Shown: piece by piece, positions 18,576 to 27,648 of the stretch
How the letters are laid out: each line of letters begins with the position of its first letter
Numbering within the stretch: position 1 is the stretch's first letter
Assembly: GCA_036507475.1 (NCBI GenBank)
Contig: DATCJA010000022.1
Location: 23,093 to 87,092, forward strand
DNA length: 64,000 nucleotides
Source: Vicinamibacterales bacterium
Lineage (GTDB): Bacteria > Acidobacteriota > Vicinamibacteria > Vicinamibacterales > UBA2999
Direction of reading: 5' to 3'
Notes under the pieces: model-generated
Told to the model about the DNA's origin: nothing
Database searches by the model: none
What the model saw: only the letters and a program-made list of their open reading frames with translations
Position numbers and translations under genes: made by a program

Positions 18576-19268
18576 CTAGAATCCGACGAAGACGCTGCCC
18601 GAGATCGCGACGTGCGATCTCGGGTGGTCGTCGAACGATACGCCACCACGCATCAGATACGCTCGTGCATCGCCCCGCACACCGGCTGTCCGCACTCTCC
18701 CCGTTCTCCGCGTCAACAGCCAGTACTTGAAGCCCCCACCGGCGTGGTAGACCTCGCCCTGTTCGACTACTGTCTGTCCCTCGTGTAACTGGCGCACATA
18801 CCCGCCGCCCGCCGCCACGAAGGGGACAAGTCGAGCGCCCATTCGCAGCTCGTCGAGCATGATGAGCAGGCTGCCGTCGATGAAATACTGATCGACTTTC
18901 TCGGCGATCGTCACCGGCGAAGCCCCCTCCGCATCCGACGTCACGGACACACGAACGTCCGGGCTGCTCTTCGTCAGCGCTCCTTCGAGCAGCAGACGAC
19001 GAGTCAGAGCGAACCCGACGCGCGCATGCCAGAGCGGCGCCCGGGCAAAGTCGCTGCTGGTGGCGAACAGGCGGAAGGTCTGACGAGTCGAATCATTCCC
19101 GCGCAGATTCGCATCGGCAGCACCGAGGCCGGCGCCGCCAAGCAGGCCACCTCCCACGGCCGCCTCGATGCCGCCGCTTGGCCGGTCGGCTGCGGTCTGT
19201 GCGTGCAACGACCCAGGCGTCGCGGTGAGCGCCGCACACACTGCGATTGCGATTCGCACGTTCATCAC
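18576..19268 (-). CDS. putative outer-membrane beta-barrel protein
   Basis: 230-aa ORF with a signal peptide (AALTATPGSLHA/QT), alternating amphipathic strands and a C-terminal VFVGF. Start overlaps the upstream stop. Confidence 0.45.
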   Translation of the reverse strand: MMNVRIAIAVCAALTATPGSLHAQTAADRPSGGIEAAVGGGLLGGAGLGAADANLRGNDSTRQTFRLFATSSDFARAPLWHARVGFALTRRLLLEGALTKSSPDVRVSVTSDAEGASPVTIAEKVDQYFIDGSLLIMLDELRMGARLVPFVAAGGGYVRQLHEGQTVVEQGEVYHAGGGFKYWLLTRRTGRVRTAGVRGDARAYLMRGGVSFDDHPRSHVAISGSVFVGF

Positions 19269-20260
19269 TTGGGCTGCACGGACACGGTGAACCGCTCGCC
19301 CACGCCCCCGCTCGGGGCGACAAAGAGACGATCGTGGAGCGTCACGCGAAACGCAATGTCGATCGGATCTCTCGCGTCGAAGAAGCTGTCGAGGTCCGCG
19401 TCGTCAAGCGGCTCCACACGGATGACGTGCGGACCGGGCGTGAGCCCCACGATCTCGAACTCGCCGCTCTGATTGAGCGTAAAGGCCGCAATCACCTGAC
19501 CCGTTTCCGGATTGAACGCAGCGACATGCGCGCCGAGCACTCCCGCCCCGCTGCGCGTCACGCGTCCGCGCGCGACGCCGGTCTCACCCCGAAAGCCTCC
19601 ACCGGGATAGAGATCCGACACGCCGGCAATATCGTCGGGCTGCAGCTCGCGATCGCGTGTGACGCCGGGCCCGAGAGAGATCGGAAACATCACGGCGCCC
19701 GAGGCGAGGACGCGCCGGTCCCCGTCGGCATGGACCTCAGTTTCTCCGAGCGCCGAGTGGCCAAGGCCGAGAAAATGACCTATCTCGTGGACCGCAACCG
19801 ATTCGAGGTCGAATCGCGACGCCGTCCCAGCCGCCGCAGTGGACCATAGGAACGCGGTATTGAAAAAGATGTCGGATTCGATGATTTCGCCCGTGACGAC
19901 GTCGATCAGGAATGCCGTCGCGCCGAGCACACGATCCATCCCGGGCTCATCCTGAAACCCGAGCACCGATACGCCATCGTCGGTGAACGGCTCAGCGCCG
20001 GTGAAGCCAGCGAACTGAAACGAGATCGAGGCCGTGGGCACGGCCTGCCATGTGGCGAACGCTCGGGACATCGCAGCCTGAAAATCTGACGCCGCCACCC
20101 CCGGTACCCCTCGATCCCGTGCGAACCACCGAAGCGGCATGCGTTGCCATTTCAAGACGATAGATTGACCGTCGTCGTTCGCCCTGAAATGAAGGTACGC
20201 GCTCGCCGGCTGCGAGAAAAGACCAACGGCGACAATTGCCAACAGCACGGATCTCATCAA
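19265..20260 (-). CDS. matrixin-like (M10 family) zinc metalloprotease with C-terminal CarboxypepD_reg-like domain
   Basis: 331-aa ORF with a signal peptide, an extended zinc motif VAVHEIGHFLGLGHS, a downstream Met-turn candidate (AVMFP) and a beta-sandwich tail (GRVTRSGAGVLGAHVAAFN...FEIVGLTPGPHVIRVEP). Confidence 0.7.
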   Translation of the reverse strand: MMRSVLLAIVAVGLFSQPASAYLHFRANDDGQSIVLKWQRMPLRWFARDRGVPGVAASDFQAAMSRAFATWQAVPTASISFQFAGFTGAEPFTDDGVSVLGFQDEPGMDRVLGATAFLIDVVTGEIIESDIFFNTAFLWSTAAAGTASRFDLESVAVHEIGHFLGLGHSALGETEVHADGDRRVLASGAVMFPISLGPGVTRDRELQPDDIAGVSDLYPGGGFRGETGVARGRVTRSGAGVLGAHVAAFNPETGQVIAAFTLNQSGEFEIVGLTPGPHVIRVEPLDDADLDSFFDARDPIDIAFRVTLHDRLFVAPSGGVGERFTVSVQPK

Positions 20261-20772
20261 CGGGTCTCCAGAATCGTGTGTACCTGGCGAACGAACGCCT
20301 CGACCGGCATGGGCCGGCGCGCCGAGTCGCCGCGGACGACACGTTCGGCGCCGGGCCCCTGGGCTGTGACCGGCGCGGGCGTCACGATTGCGCGTGCGGC
20401 GGCATCGCGTGTAACGCGGTATACGCCCTGACTCAAGCCGAACAACGTGGGTATCGCGGGCCCCCGCACGCGCAGGAAGACGACGACCTCGTCGCCCTGA
20501 GCGAACTCGGGGGCGCCGACGACCACCCGGCGATATCTGCCGACCTGCCCGTTAGGAACACAGAAGGTCACGTTTGCGCCGGCCGACGGAGAGCCCTTCA
20601 ACGCCTCGATCACCTGCACGGTCACGAGGCTCTCGATCGCCCGCTGCGGCCCCGTGAGCGCGGAACTCGTGTGAATCACCCGGCCGTGGACGATCATCCC
20701 CGCTTCGGTGACGACGGTCGTGAAATCGGCAGGAAGGAGGACGGTGGCTGAGGCGGGCCGGGCGATCGTCAT
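20257..20772 (-). CDS. hypothetical protein (possibly secreted if translation starts at 20853)
   Basis: The ORF track frame runs 20257..20853. The conservative start is ATG 20772 (MTIARPASATVLL). The extension to 20853 is encoded entirely by the B-family hairpin and reads like a signal peptide. The stop overlaps the matrixin gene start. Confidence 0.4.
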   Translation of the reverse strand: MTIARPASATVLLPADFTTVVTEAGMIVHGRVIHTSSALTGPQRAIESLVTVQVIEALKGSPSAGANVTFCVPNGQVGRYRRVVVGAPEFAQGDEVVVFLRVRGPAIPTLFGLSQGVYRVTRDAAARAIVTPAPVTAQGPGAERVVRGDSARRPMPVEAFVRQVHTILETR

Positions 20773-20853
20773 GCAAAATGCAAAATGCAAAATGCAAACA
20801 ACGCTGAAACACCTCCGATCCACCGTTTGAATTTTGCATTTTGCATTTTGCAT
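20771..20853. repeat. B-family complete hairpin
   Basis: 28-nt arms ATGCAAAATGCAAAATGCAAAATGCAAA and TTTGAATTTTGCATTTTGCATTTTGCAT are complementary at 27 of 28 positions, with a 27-nt spacer. Confidence 0.85.
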
Positions 20854-20874
20854 TAGCTGGATCCACCTCTCTCT

Positions 20875-22017
20875 CTATGCAGAACTCACGCCGCGCGGCG
20901 CTCGCCGCGCGACATCGAGGATGGCGTCAGCCGCGCGCCCGCTGGCACCCGGAGGTCCGAGCCGCTCGCAGACCGCTCTGAGCGCGTCGCGCGTGCGGGC
21001 ATGGCGCTCGGTGTCGGTCAGCAGCAAGATCGTCTCCTGAGCGACACGTTCAGGCGTGAAGTCGGTCTGAATCAGCTCAGGAACAACACGCCGGCCCGCC
21101 ACGAGATTCACCATCGCATACATGTCGACGCGGACGAACGGCTTTCCAAGCCGATACGTGAGTGGTGACAGCCGGTAGACCACGACCATGGGCTTCTCAT
21201 GGAGCGCCGCCTGCACCGTAGCCGTTCCGGACGCCGTAACCACGACGTCCGACGCCGCGAGCACGTCATCGGTGCGGTTGTCGACGACAACAACATCAGA
21301 AGGAAACGGCGAAAACAATTCGTCACCGAGATTCGGTGCGCGGGCTACCACAAACTGCACGCCGGGCAGTCGAGCGCGAATGAGCGGTATCGCCGCGGCC
21401 ATGTCGGGTGCGATGCGCCTGAGCTCGTTGGGACGGCTGCCAGGCAGCAGCGCAACCGTCGGTGCGTCAGGTCTCAGGCCGAGGTCGGAGAGAAAGGCGG
21501 ACCGCGGCTGCACAGCCCGCGCGAGATCCACAAGAGGATGTCCGACAAATTGGACTGGAACTCCGGCGCGTTCGTACACACCAGCTTCGAATGGAAAGAT
21601 GACCAGCACCTTGTCGACAAATCGCTTCATCGTTTCGATGCGTCGCGGCCGCCAGGCCCACAGCTGAGGGCTGACGTAGTAGACGATGGCGATGCCCAGA
21701 CGCCGCAGGGCCGCTATCAGGTGGAAATTGAAGCCGGAAAAATCGATCGCCACGAACACGTCCGGCCGCCGCGTCCGAGCGTCGTTCACGAGCCGGCGAT
21801 ACATCCGCCAGGATTGCGGCAACACCCGTACGATCTCGGTGAGCCCGGTCACGGTCAGGCCCGTGAAGTCGCCCGCCAACGTCGCCCCCGCTGCCTGCAG
21901 CCGTTGTCCGCCAAAACCGACGATTTCGACGGACGGCGCACGCGCATGCAGCTCCGCGGCCAGAGCGCCGGCGTACAGATCACCGGACGCCTCGCCGCAC
22001 GAAATCATGATTCGCAT
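20875..22017 (-). CDS. lpxB: lipid-A-disaccharide synthase
   Basis: 380-aa ORF. MRIMISCGEASGDLYAGALAAEL...VYYVSPQLWAWRPRRI...GHPLVD is the characteristic LpxB pattern. Confidence 0.9.
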   Translation of the reverse strand: MRIMISCGEASGDLYAGALAAELHARAPSVEIVGFGGQRLQAAGATLAGDFTGLTVTGLTEIVRVLPQSWRMYRRLVNDARTRRPDVFVAIDFSGFNFHLIAALRRLGIAIVYYVSPQLWAWRPRRIETMKRFVDKVLVIFPFEAGVYERAGVPVQFVGHPLVDLARAVQPRSAFLSDLGLRPDAPTVALLPGSRPNELRRIAPDMAAAIPLIRARLPGVQFVVARAPNLGDELFSPFPSDVVVVDNRTDDVLAASDVVVTASGTATVQAALHEKPMVVVYRLSPLTYRLGKPFVRVDMYAMVNLVAGRRVVPELIQTDFTPERVAQETILLLTDTERHARTRDALRAVCERLGPPGASGRAADAILDVARRAPRGVSSA

Positions 22018-22023
22018 CGCGCG

Positions 22024-24366
22024 CTACTGCGGCTTGATGAACAGCTTGTCGTCGAGAGGAGTGTTGAAGGCGACCTTGGTGAGCGTTCGCGAAAGGATGA
22101 GATTTCCACTCCGGCGCACATCGGCCCTGAACGGAACCTGCACACCGTCGACGGCGCGGTAGTCGAAAAACAGTTCTTCAGCCTCTATCGGCCGGCCGTC
22201 GGGTCCCGGCGTCTGAAAAATCTGGCGGACGACGAGCGCTCCGGCGTCCACGTACAGCTTGACCGGTGGCAGCTGCGCGCCGCTGATCTCGAGGACCTTG
22301 AGCACCTGTCCACCGCCCCCTTCTTCCGGGAGCAAGCGCATCGCCAGCCGTCCTTCAGCCGCGGCGACGAGCATCGGAATCATGTCGCGACGCACGCTGG
22401 CGGCAAAGTCGTCGCGCATTCCGGGTGGGGCCTCATGGACACCACCGGGATCGCGTGCCCAGGCGTGGCCACCGTTGTACACCTGCACGACCTCTGCGCC
22501 GGCCACAGTGGCATCGACGCGAAATTTGTCCGGGTAGACGACATAGGTGCGGGTCGACGACGCCAGCGGCTGGTCGCTCATGTGAAAGGTGGTGTCAGCT
22601 TCGGCAACGACCGTGCGCACCTTCTTCAGCACATCGAGGCCGCCTTTGGCGTCGATGACACGTTTCAGAACTGCACTAGCGTTCGGATCGCTCGGAACGT
22701 TCGGAGCGTTCGAAACGTTGGGGTTCACCTGCGACCTCGTGTACGCCAACTGACGCGAACGAAACGATTCGAACGACTCGAACGGCTTGAACGATCCGAA
22801 CGGTCCGAACGGTTCGTTCGTCTGTGCCCGCCGCGTCTCGCGCCTGAGCGTCGCCGACATCAGGTCGAGATCCTGGATGGGGATAATCTCGACATCAGAG
22901 AAACCCACGCGGCGCAGCTGTGGAACGAAGGTTGACGCATCCCCAACGAGGACGATCGACAGGCGATCCGCCCGGACATACTGGCGCGCGACGCGCTGGA
23001 TGTCATCGGGCGTCACCGCCTGCACGCGCTCCCGAAAAGTGCCGATCTCCTCGACCGGCAGCTCGTAAAACACGACGTTCAACACTTGCGTGGCAATGTC
23101 GTTTGGCGTCTCGATGGTCAGGGGAAAGCTGCCAGCGAGGTACGCCTGAGCGTCGGACAGTTCCCGTTCGAACACGCGTTCGCGCTGCAGCCGCGAGACT
23201 TCTTCCAGCGTCAGACGCAGCGTCTCACCCGTCGTCTCCGTGCGCGTGTTCGTCTCAGCCACGAAGTGACCGGACTGCTTGCGCGTTTCGGCATCGGCCT
23301 GGGCCCCGTACGTCAGCCCGCGCTCGGAACGCAGCACACGGTGCAGGCGGTTGGCGCCCTCGCCGCCAAGAATCTTCATGGCAAGATCGAAGGCCATGTA
23401 ATCGGGATGCTTCCTGGGAATAGCAAGCTGGCCGACGCGGATTTCCGTCTGCACCGCATCTGGCTTGTCCACGACCACGACCCGGCGCGTCGGTTGCGGC
23501 GGATCGACGACCTTCACCGCGGGCACTTCTGCACGAGGCCAACCATCAAACACTCGCTCGGCCGCGGCGAACGCCTCGTCGCTTGTCACGTCGCCGACGA
23601 CCGCGAGAACCATGTTGTTGGGAACGAAGTGGCGGCGGTGATACTCCTGCAGATCGGCTCGGGTGATCCCCGCAAGCGTCTCGGGCGTCCCACTATTCGG
23701 CAGCCCGTAGGGGTGAAACCCGTAAACCAGCCGCTCGAAGAGCACGCTGGCGATGTAGTCGGGGTCGTTGCCGCTGACCTGCAGACTGGAAATGGCCTGC
23801 TGCTTCTGACGCTCGATCTCTTCAGCAGCGAATGCGGGGTTGCGCACGACGTCCGACAGCATGTTCATTCCGACGCCGAACGAATCCTTCATCACGATCA
23901 CATTGACAAAGGTGAGGTCGGAACCGGATCCGGTGCCGAGCGCGCCGCCGATGAAATCGATCTCGTCCGCGATCTGCTCTGCCGATTTCGTGGTGGTCCC
24001 CTGGTCGAGCAGCGCGGCAGCCAGGCTGGCGACGCCCACCTTGCCGGGCGGATCCTGCACCGACCCGGTACGCACGAGCAGACGCATGCTCACGGCCGGC
24101 TGCTCATGATGCAGCACGGCAATGACCTGCATGCCGTTCTGCAGTGTGCGTACTTCATAGGGCGGGAATTTGACGTCCCGTGCGGACAGCGGCCGTGGGG
24201 GGCGTTCGGTCGGCCACAGAACGAACCGGCCGTCCGGCATGCGATCGACCTGCGCGCCCAGCAGGGCGCCGCACAGCAGCACCGCCAACATTCCAGCTCC
24301 CGACCTCCGAAGCAGCCGGGAGTACGCGCCATTCGAGCCAGCCGTCGGGAGTTGGGCGTTCATCAT
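22024..24366 (-). CDS. M16 peptidase, non-catalytic-type subunit, fused to a C-terminal about 270-aa LolA-like domain
   Basis: 780-aa ORF with M16 N- and C-domains but no HxxEH (the region reads GVASLAAALLDQGT). After about residue 500 comes a repeat-encoded linker (NEPFGPFGSFKPFESFESF...NPNVSNAPNVPSDPNA), then an extra domain. Confidence 0.75.
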   Translation of the reverse strand: MMNAQLPTAGSNGAYSRLLRRSGAGMLAVLLCGALLGAQVDRMPDGRFVLWPTERPPRPLSARDVKFPPYEVRTLQNGMQVIAVLHHEQPAVSMRLLVRTGSVQDPPGKVGVASLAAALLDQGTTTKSAEQIADEIDFIGGALGTGSGSDLTFVNVIVMKDSFGVGMNMLSDVVRNPAFAAEEIERQKQQAISSLQVSGNDPDYIASVLFERLVYGFHPYGLPNSGTPETLAGITRADLQEYHRRHFVPNNMVLAVVGDVTSDEAFAAAERVFDGWPRAEVPAVKVVDPPQPTRRVVVVDKPDAVQTEIRVGQLAIPRKHPDYMAFDLAMKILGGEGANRLHRVLRSERGLTYGAQADAETRKQSGHFVAETNTRTETTGETLRLTLEEVSRLQRERVFERELSDAQAYLAGSFPLTIETPNDIATQVLNVVFYELPVEEIGTFRERVQAVTPDDIQRVARQYVRADRLSIVLVGDASTFVPQLRRVGFSDVEIIPIQDLDLMSATLRRETRRAQTNEPFGPFGSFKPFESFESFRSRQLAYTRSQVNPNVSNAPNVPSDPNASAVLKRVIDAKGGLDVLKKVRTVVAEADTTFHMSDQPLASSTRTYVVYPDKFRVDATVAGAEVVQVYNGGHAWARDPGGVHEAPPGMRDDFAASVRRDMIPMLVAAAEGRLAMRLLPEEGGGGQVLKVLEISGAQLPPVKLYVDAGALVVRQIFQTPGPDGRPIEAEELFFDYRAVDGVQVPFRADVRRSGNLILSRTLTKVAFNTPLDDKLFIKPQ
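22679..22820. repeat. H-family (CGAACG, 9-nt period) inverted periodic repeat embedded in frame in the M16 gene
   Basis: Left arm (A/G)CGTTCGGA-type units at 22679-22726. Right arm CGA(N)TCGAA / CGGTCCGAA units at 22755-22820. Translated as ..NPNVSNAPNVPSDPNA.. and ..EPFGPFGSFKPFESFESF.. Confidence 0.75.
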
Positions 24367-25709
24367 CGGGCCCCCTTGGGCAACACGTGGAGGACCACGC
24401 GGTTCGACTGATTGAAGTGGGAGCGGGCCACGCGCTGCACGTCGGCAACCGTCGTCTTCATGAAGATGTCGAACTCGCCGTCGGCCGTCGTGATGTCGCT
24501 ATGAATGACGGCGGCGTGCGCCAGGTGCAGGGCTTTGTCTTCGTTCGATTCCCGGCCGAGGATGTAGTCGCGAGCGAACTGGTTCTGCGCCCGCTGAAGC
24601 TCGTGCGGCGTGACGCCTTCGATCTTCAGCGTCTCGAATTCGGCAATGAGCGCTTTTTCCGCTTCCGCTGGAGTCCGGCCGGGCTGGACGATGCACACGG
24701 CGAAGAACAAGTTCGGGTGTTCGGTGATGTTGCCGCTGCCAAACGCGCTGAGACAGAGGCGCTGGGTGTAGATCAACTCGCGCGAAATCCTGGCGCTTTG
24801 ACCGTCTGAAAGAATCTTGGACGTGATGTGCAGCGGATACGCGTCTGGATGTCCGTCATACGGCACGTGGTAGGCCACGACGACCGCGGGCAACGGCCAC
24901 GCCTCTTCCACGACCACGCGCCGCTCCTGTGTCATGGGCGGTTCTTTCGGGATGTCGCGCGGCACCGCGCGCGGCGCCTTCGGGACGCGGCCGAAATACT
25001 GGCTGACAATCTGCAGCGCCTGTGCGGAATCGAAATCGCCGACGACGGTCACGGTCGCGTTCTCGGGCACGTAGAACGTGCCATGAAAATCGCGAACGTC
25101 GCCGATCGACGCTGCCTCGAGATCGGCCATGCTCCCAATCGTCGGGTGCTTGTAAGGGTGCGCGACGAATGAATGGTCGTAGATGATTTCCTGCAGACGG
25201 CCGTACGGTTGGTTCTCGATCCGCATCCGGCGTTCTTCCTTGACTACTTCCCGCTCGCGCCTGAACGGCTCGTCTTCGACTCGAAGCGTGGCCATCCGAT
25301 CGGCCTCGAGCCATAACGCCAGCGGCAGATAGTGCGCCGGAAGCGTCTGCCAGAACACGGTAACGTCTTCGGTGGTGTACGCGTTGCTGCGGCCGCCAAC
25401 GCTCGAGACGATTGACGTGTGCGCATCGGGCTCCACGTTCTTCGAGCCCTTGAACATCATGTGCTCGAAGAGATGCGCAAACCCGGTGCGGCCGGGTCGC
25501 TCGTTCTTCGATCCCACGTGGTACCAGACGGAGACGTGCACGATGGGCGTGGAATGGTCCTCCGAGAGGATCACGCGGAGCCCGTTCGGCAGCGTGGTGA
25601 TCTGGTACTGCAGCTTCGGCGGACGAACGGCCGCGCTCACCGGCGTGAGCGCAATGGCCGCAACGGCCGACGCGGCGAGAAACAGTGCGGCGCGAGAAGA
25701 AAGGCGCAT
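24363..25709 (-). CDS. M16 family zinc peptidase (catalytic-type, HxxEH)
   Basis: 448-aa ORF with a signal peptide and inverted zinc motif GFAHLFEHMMFKGS. The stop overlaps the next M16 gene start (ATGA). Confidence 0.85.
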   Translation of the reverse strand: MRLSSRAALFLAASAVAAIALTPVSAAVRPPKLQYQITTLPNGLRVILSEDHSTPIVHVSVWYHVGSKNERPGRTGFAHLFEHMMFKGSKNVEPDAHTSIVSSVGGRSNAYTTEDVTVFWQTLPAHYLPLALWLEADRMATLRVEDEPFRREREVVKEERRMRIENQPYGRLQEIIYDHSFVAHPYKHPTIGSMADLEAASIGDVRDFHGTFYVPENATVTVVGDFDSAQALQIVSQYFGRVPKAPRAVPRDIPKEPPMTQERRVVVEEAWPLPAVVVAYHVPYDGHPDAYPLHITSKILSDGQSARISRELIYTQRLCLSAFGSGNITEHPNLFFAVCIVQPGRTPAEAEKALIAEFETLKIEGVTPHELQRAQNQFARDYILGRESNEDKALHLAHAAVIHSDITTADGEFDIFMKTTVADVQRVARSHFNQSNRVVLHVLPKGAR

Positions 25710-25731
25710 GGCTCCTTCGATTATGGCATCA

Positions 25732-26508
25732 TCAGCGGCTCACGAGGCGAAAGCCTGTCGTAAGCCACGTCGCCGTAGAGAATTCGAGCTGGTAGGGATC
25801 GATTCGCCGTTCGGCCGCGGCGAACAGTTCGAGGGCGGCCGCGGGTCCGTCGAGCCGGATGGCCCCGTCGGTGCGCCAGCCGTACTGGTCGCCGCGTTCG
25901 CGCGAGCCATCGACTCCGACGACGCGAAACACCCCGAGCGCGACGAACGCCACTCGCGGTGTGAGCCGTACCTGGGCTCGGGCGTTGCCATCCATCTCCC
26001 ACTGGTAGTCCACAAACGACTTCTGGATCACGCCACGAAGGTCTAGCTGACCCCGCAGCTCGGTCCGTCCTCGAACGAACCCGGTGCGGATGCGGCCGCC
26101 GACCATGTTCCAGTCCACCGGAAAGCGCTTGGGACGGTCGCTGAGATGCCGTGAAACGTGATGAAACACGCCTGCAACCTCGACGACGCCCGCCTGCACC
26201 GACGCCGAGCCGCCAAGCGTATAGTTGCCCTGGTTGGGATCGAATTCCCGGAACTCGTCACCCAGAATCGTTTGATACGCCGCGACAAAGATCAGCGCTC
26301 CGGGGCCATAATCAATCAGATCGAGCTCCGCTCCCCAGTGCGCATCCCACTCAAACCGTGGATCGTCATCGAATAGATGCTCGATCCCGACGTGGAAGGC
26401 AAAGCGCGACAGGAAATCCGGGCCGCCCGTCTGGGGCGGTGTCGCCTGATTCGACGCTGTCTGCGCCGCCGCGGGCATCGCTGTCATGAGCGCCATCGTC
26501 AGCGCCAT
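25732..26508 (-). CDS. hypothetical outer-membrane protein in the lpxD-lpxB neighbourhood
   Basis: The ORF track frame runs 25732..26646. I set the start at ATG 26508 (MALTMALMTAMPAAAQ), downstream of the lpxD stop. Beta-strand-rich with an aromatic C-terminal region. Confidence 0.4.
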   Translation of the reverse strand: MALTMALMTAMPAAAQTASNQATPPQTGGPDFLSRFAFHVGIEHLFDDDPRFEWDAHWGAELDLIDYGPGALIFVAAYQTILGDEFREFDPNQGNYTLGGSASVQAGVVEVAGVFHHVSRHLSDRPKRFPVDWNMVGGRIRTGFVRGRTELRGQLDLRGVIQKSFVDYQWEMDGNARAQVRLTPRVAFVALGVFRVVGVDGSRERGDQYGWRTDGAIRLDGPAAALELFAAAERRIDPYQLEFSTATWLTTGFRLVSR

Positions 26509-26522
26509 GGCGACGGAGCAAT

Positions 26523-27569
26523 TCACTCCGACGACTCTCCAGACGCGCCAAGCTGCCTGGCAAGCGCCGCGAGCCGCTCCTCCAGTTCCTCGATGCGACG
26601 CTTCAACTCGGGCAGTCGCTTGAAGATCACCGACGCCCTCCGCCATTCGTGGCTCTCGATCGCGGGATACCCCGCCACCATCGCGCCCGGCCGCAGGGAC
26701 TTGGTCACGCCCGACTGCCCGACAGCGACGCTGCCCCGGCCGATCGTCAAGTGGCCACCCACGCCGACCTGCCCCCCGAAAATGACGTCATCTTCGACGT
26801 CGGTGCTGCCAGCAATGCCGACCTGAGCCGCCATCAACACGTTGCGGCCTACGAGGACGCCATGTCCGATCTGGACGAGGTTGTCGATTTTTGTACCCTG
26901 ACGGATGCGTGTTTCCCCGACTGCCGGACGGTCGACCGTCGTGTTCGCCCCGAGCTCGACATCGTCTTCGATGACCACTGTCGCGATCTGAGGAATCTTC
27001 TCGTGGCTGCCATCGCCACGCCGGACAAAGCCGTAGCCGTCGCTGCCGATGACGACGCCGTTCTGCAGAATCACTCGGTTGCCGATGACGACGCGCTCGC
27101 GGATGGCGACGTTCGAGTGGATGACGCAATCGTGACCGATTCGTGCCCCCGGACCGATGGTCACGTTCGGAAACACCACCGTGTTGTCCCCGACTGTCGC
27201 GCCTTCCGCAATCGCGACAAACGCACCCACTGAAACGTTGCGGCCGACCTGTGCATCCGCCGCTATGGCAGACAGCGGATGAATCCCCGATGCGGGCCGC
27301 CATGGCGGCGCAAACAGCCCGACAGCTCGTGCAAACGCCAGATACGGGTCGGGCGTGCGCAGCATCGCGCAGGGCGCAGGCGGGGCGTCATCGCGCAACA
27401 GGATTGCGGAGGCGCGCGTGCTCGCCATTAGTGATTCGTACTTTGGGTTGGCAAGAAAGGTGAGGTCACCTGGCTGCGCGTGCTGAATGCCCGCCACACG
27501 AACGATCTCGACGTCCCCGTCGCCTTCGAGTCGGCACCCAAGGCGATCAGCCAAGTCCCGTAGTTTCAC
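26523..27569 (-). CDS. lpxD: UDP-3-O-(3-hydroxyacyl)glucosamine N-acyltransferase
   Basis: 348-aa ORF. N-terminal LpxD domain (MKLRDLADRLGCRLEGDGDVEIVRVAGIQHAQPGDLTFLANPKY) followed by left-handed beta-helix hexapeptide repeats. Confidence 0.9.
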   Translation of the reverse strand: MKLRDLADRLGCRLEGDGDVEIVRVAGIQHAQPGDLTFLANPKYESLMASTRASAILLRDDAPPAPCAMLRTPDPYLAFARAVGLFAPPWRPASGIHPLSAIAADAQVGRNVSVGAFVAIAEGATVGDNTVVFPNVTIGPGARIGHDCVIHSNVAIRERVVIGNRVILQNGVVIGSDGYGFVRRGDGSHEKIPQIATVVIEDDVELGANTTVDRPAVGETRIRQGTKIDNLVQIGHGVLVGRNVLMAAQVGIAGSTDVEDDVIFGGQVGVGGHLTIGRGSVAVGQSGVTKSLRPGAMVAGYPAIESHEWRRASVIFKRLPELKRRIEELEERLAALARQLGASGESSE

Positions 27570-27648
27570 AGTGTAGGAACAGAATCTATCACCTGTAAGC
27601 CCGGTCGGCCCTTCGCCGCGGTCGCATCGCGCATTCGTGAAGGCGCCG

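Noticed and set aside
20771-20853. Short tandem repeats as a possible CRISPR array (also at 57038-57107, 57494-57584, 61158-61230)
   Set aside because: The units are 7-9 nt with no unique spacers, arranged as two complementary arms, and there are no cas genes. This is not CRISPR architecture.
21199-24411. Long plus-strand ORFs 21199..22935 and 23086..24411
   Set aside because: They are antisense to lpxB and the M16 peptidase genes, with the same low-complexity antisense signature.
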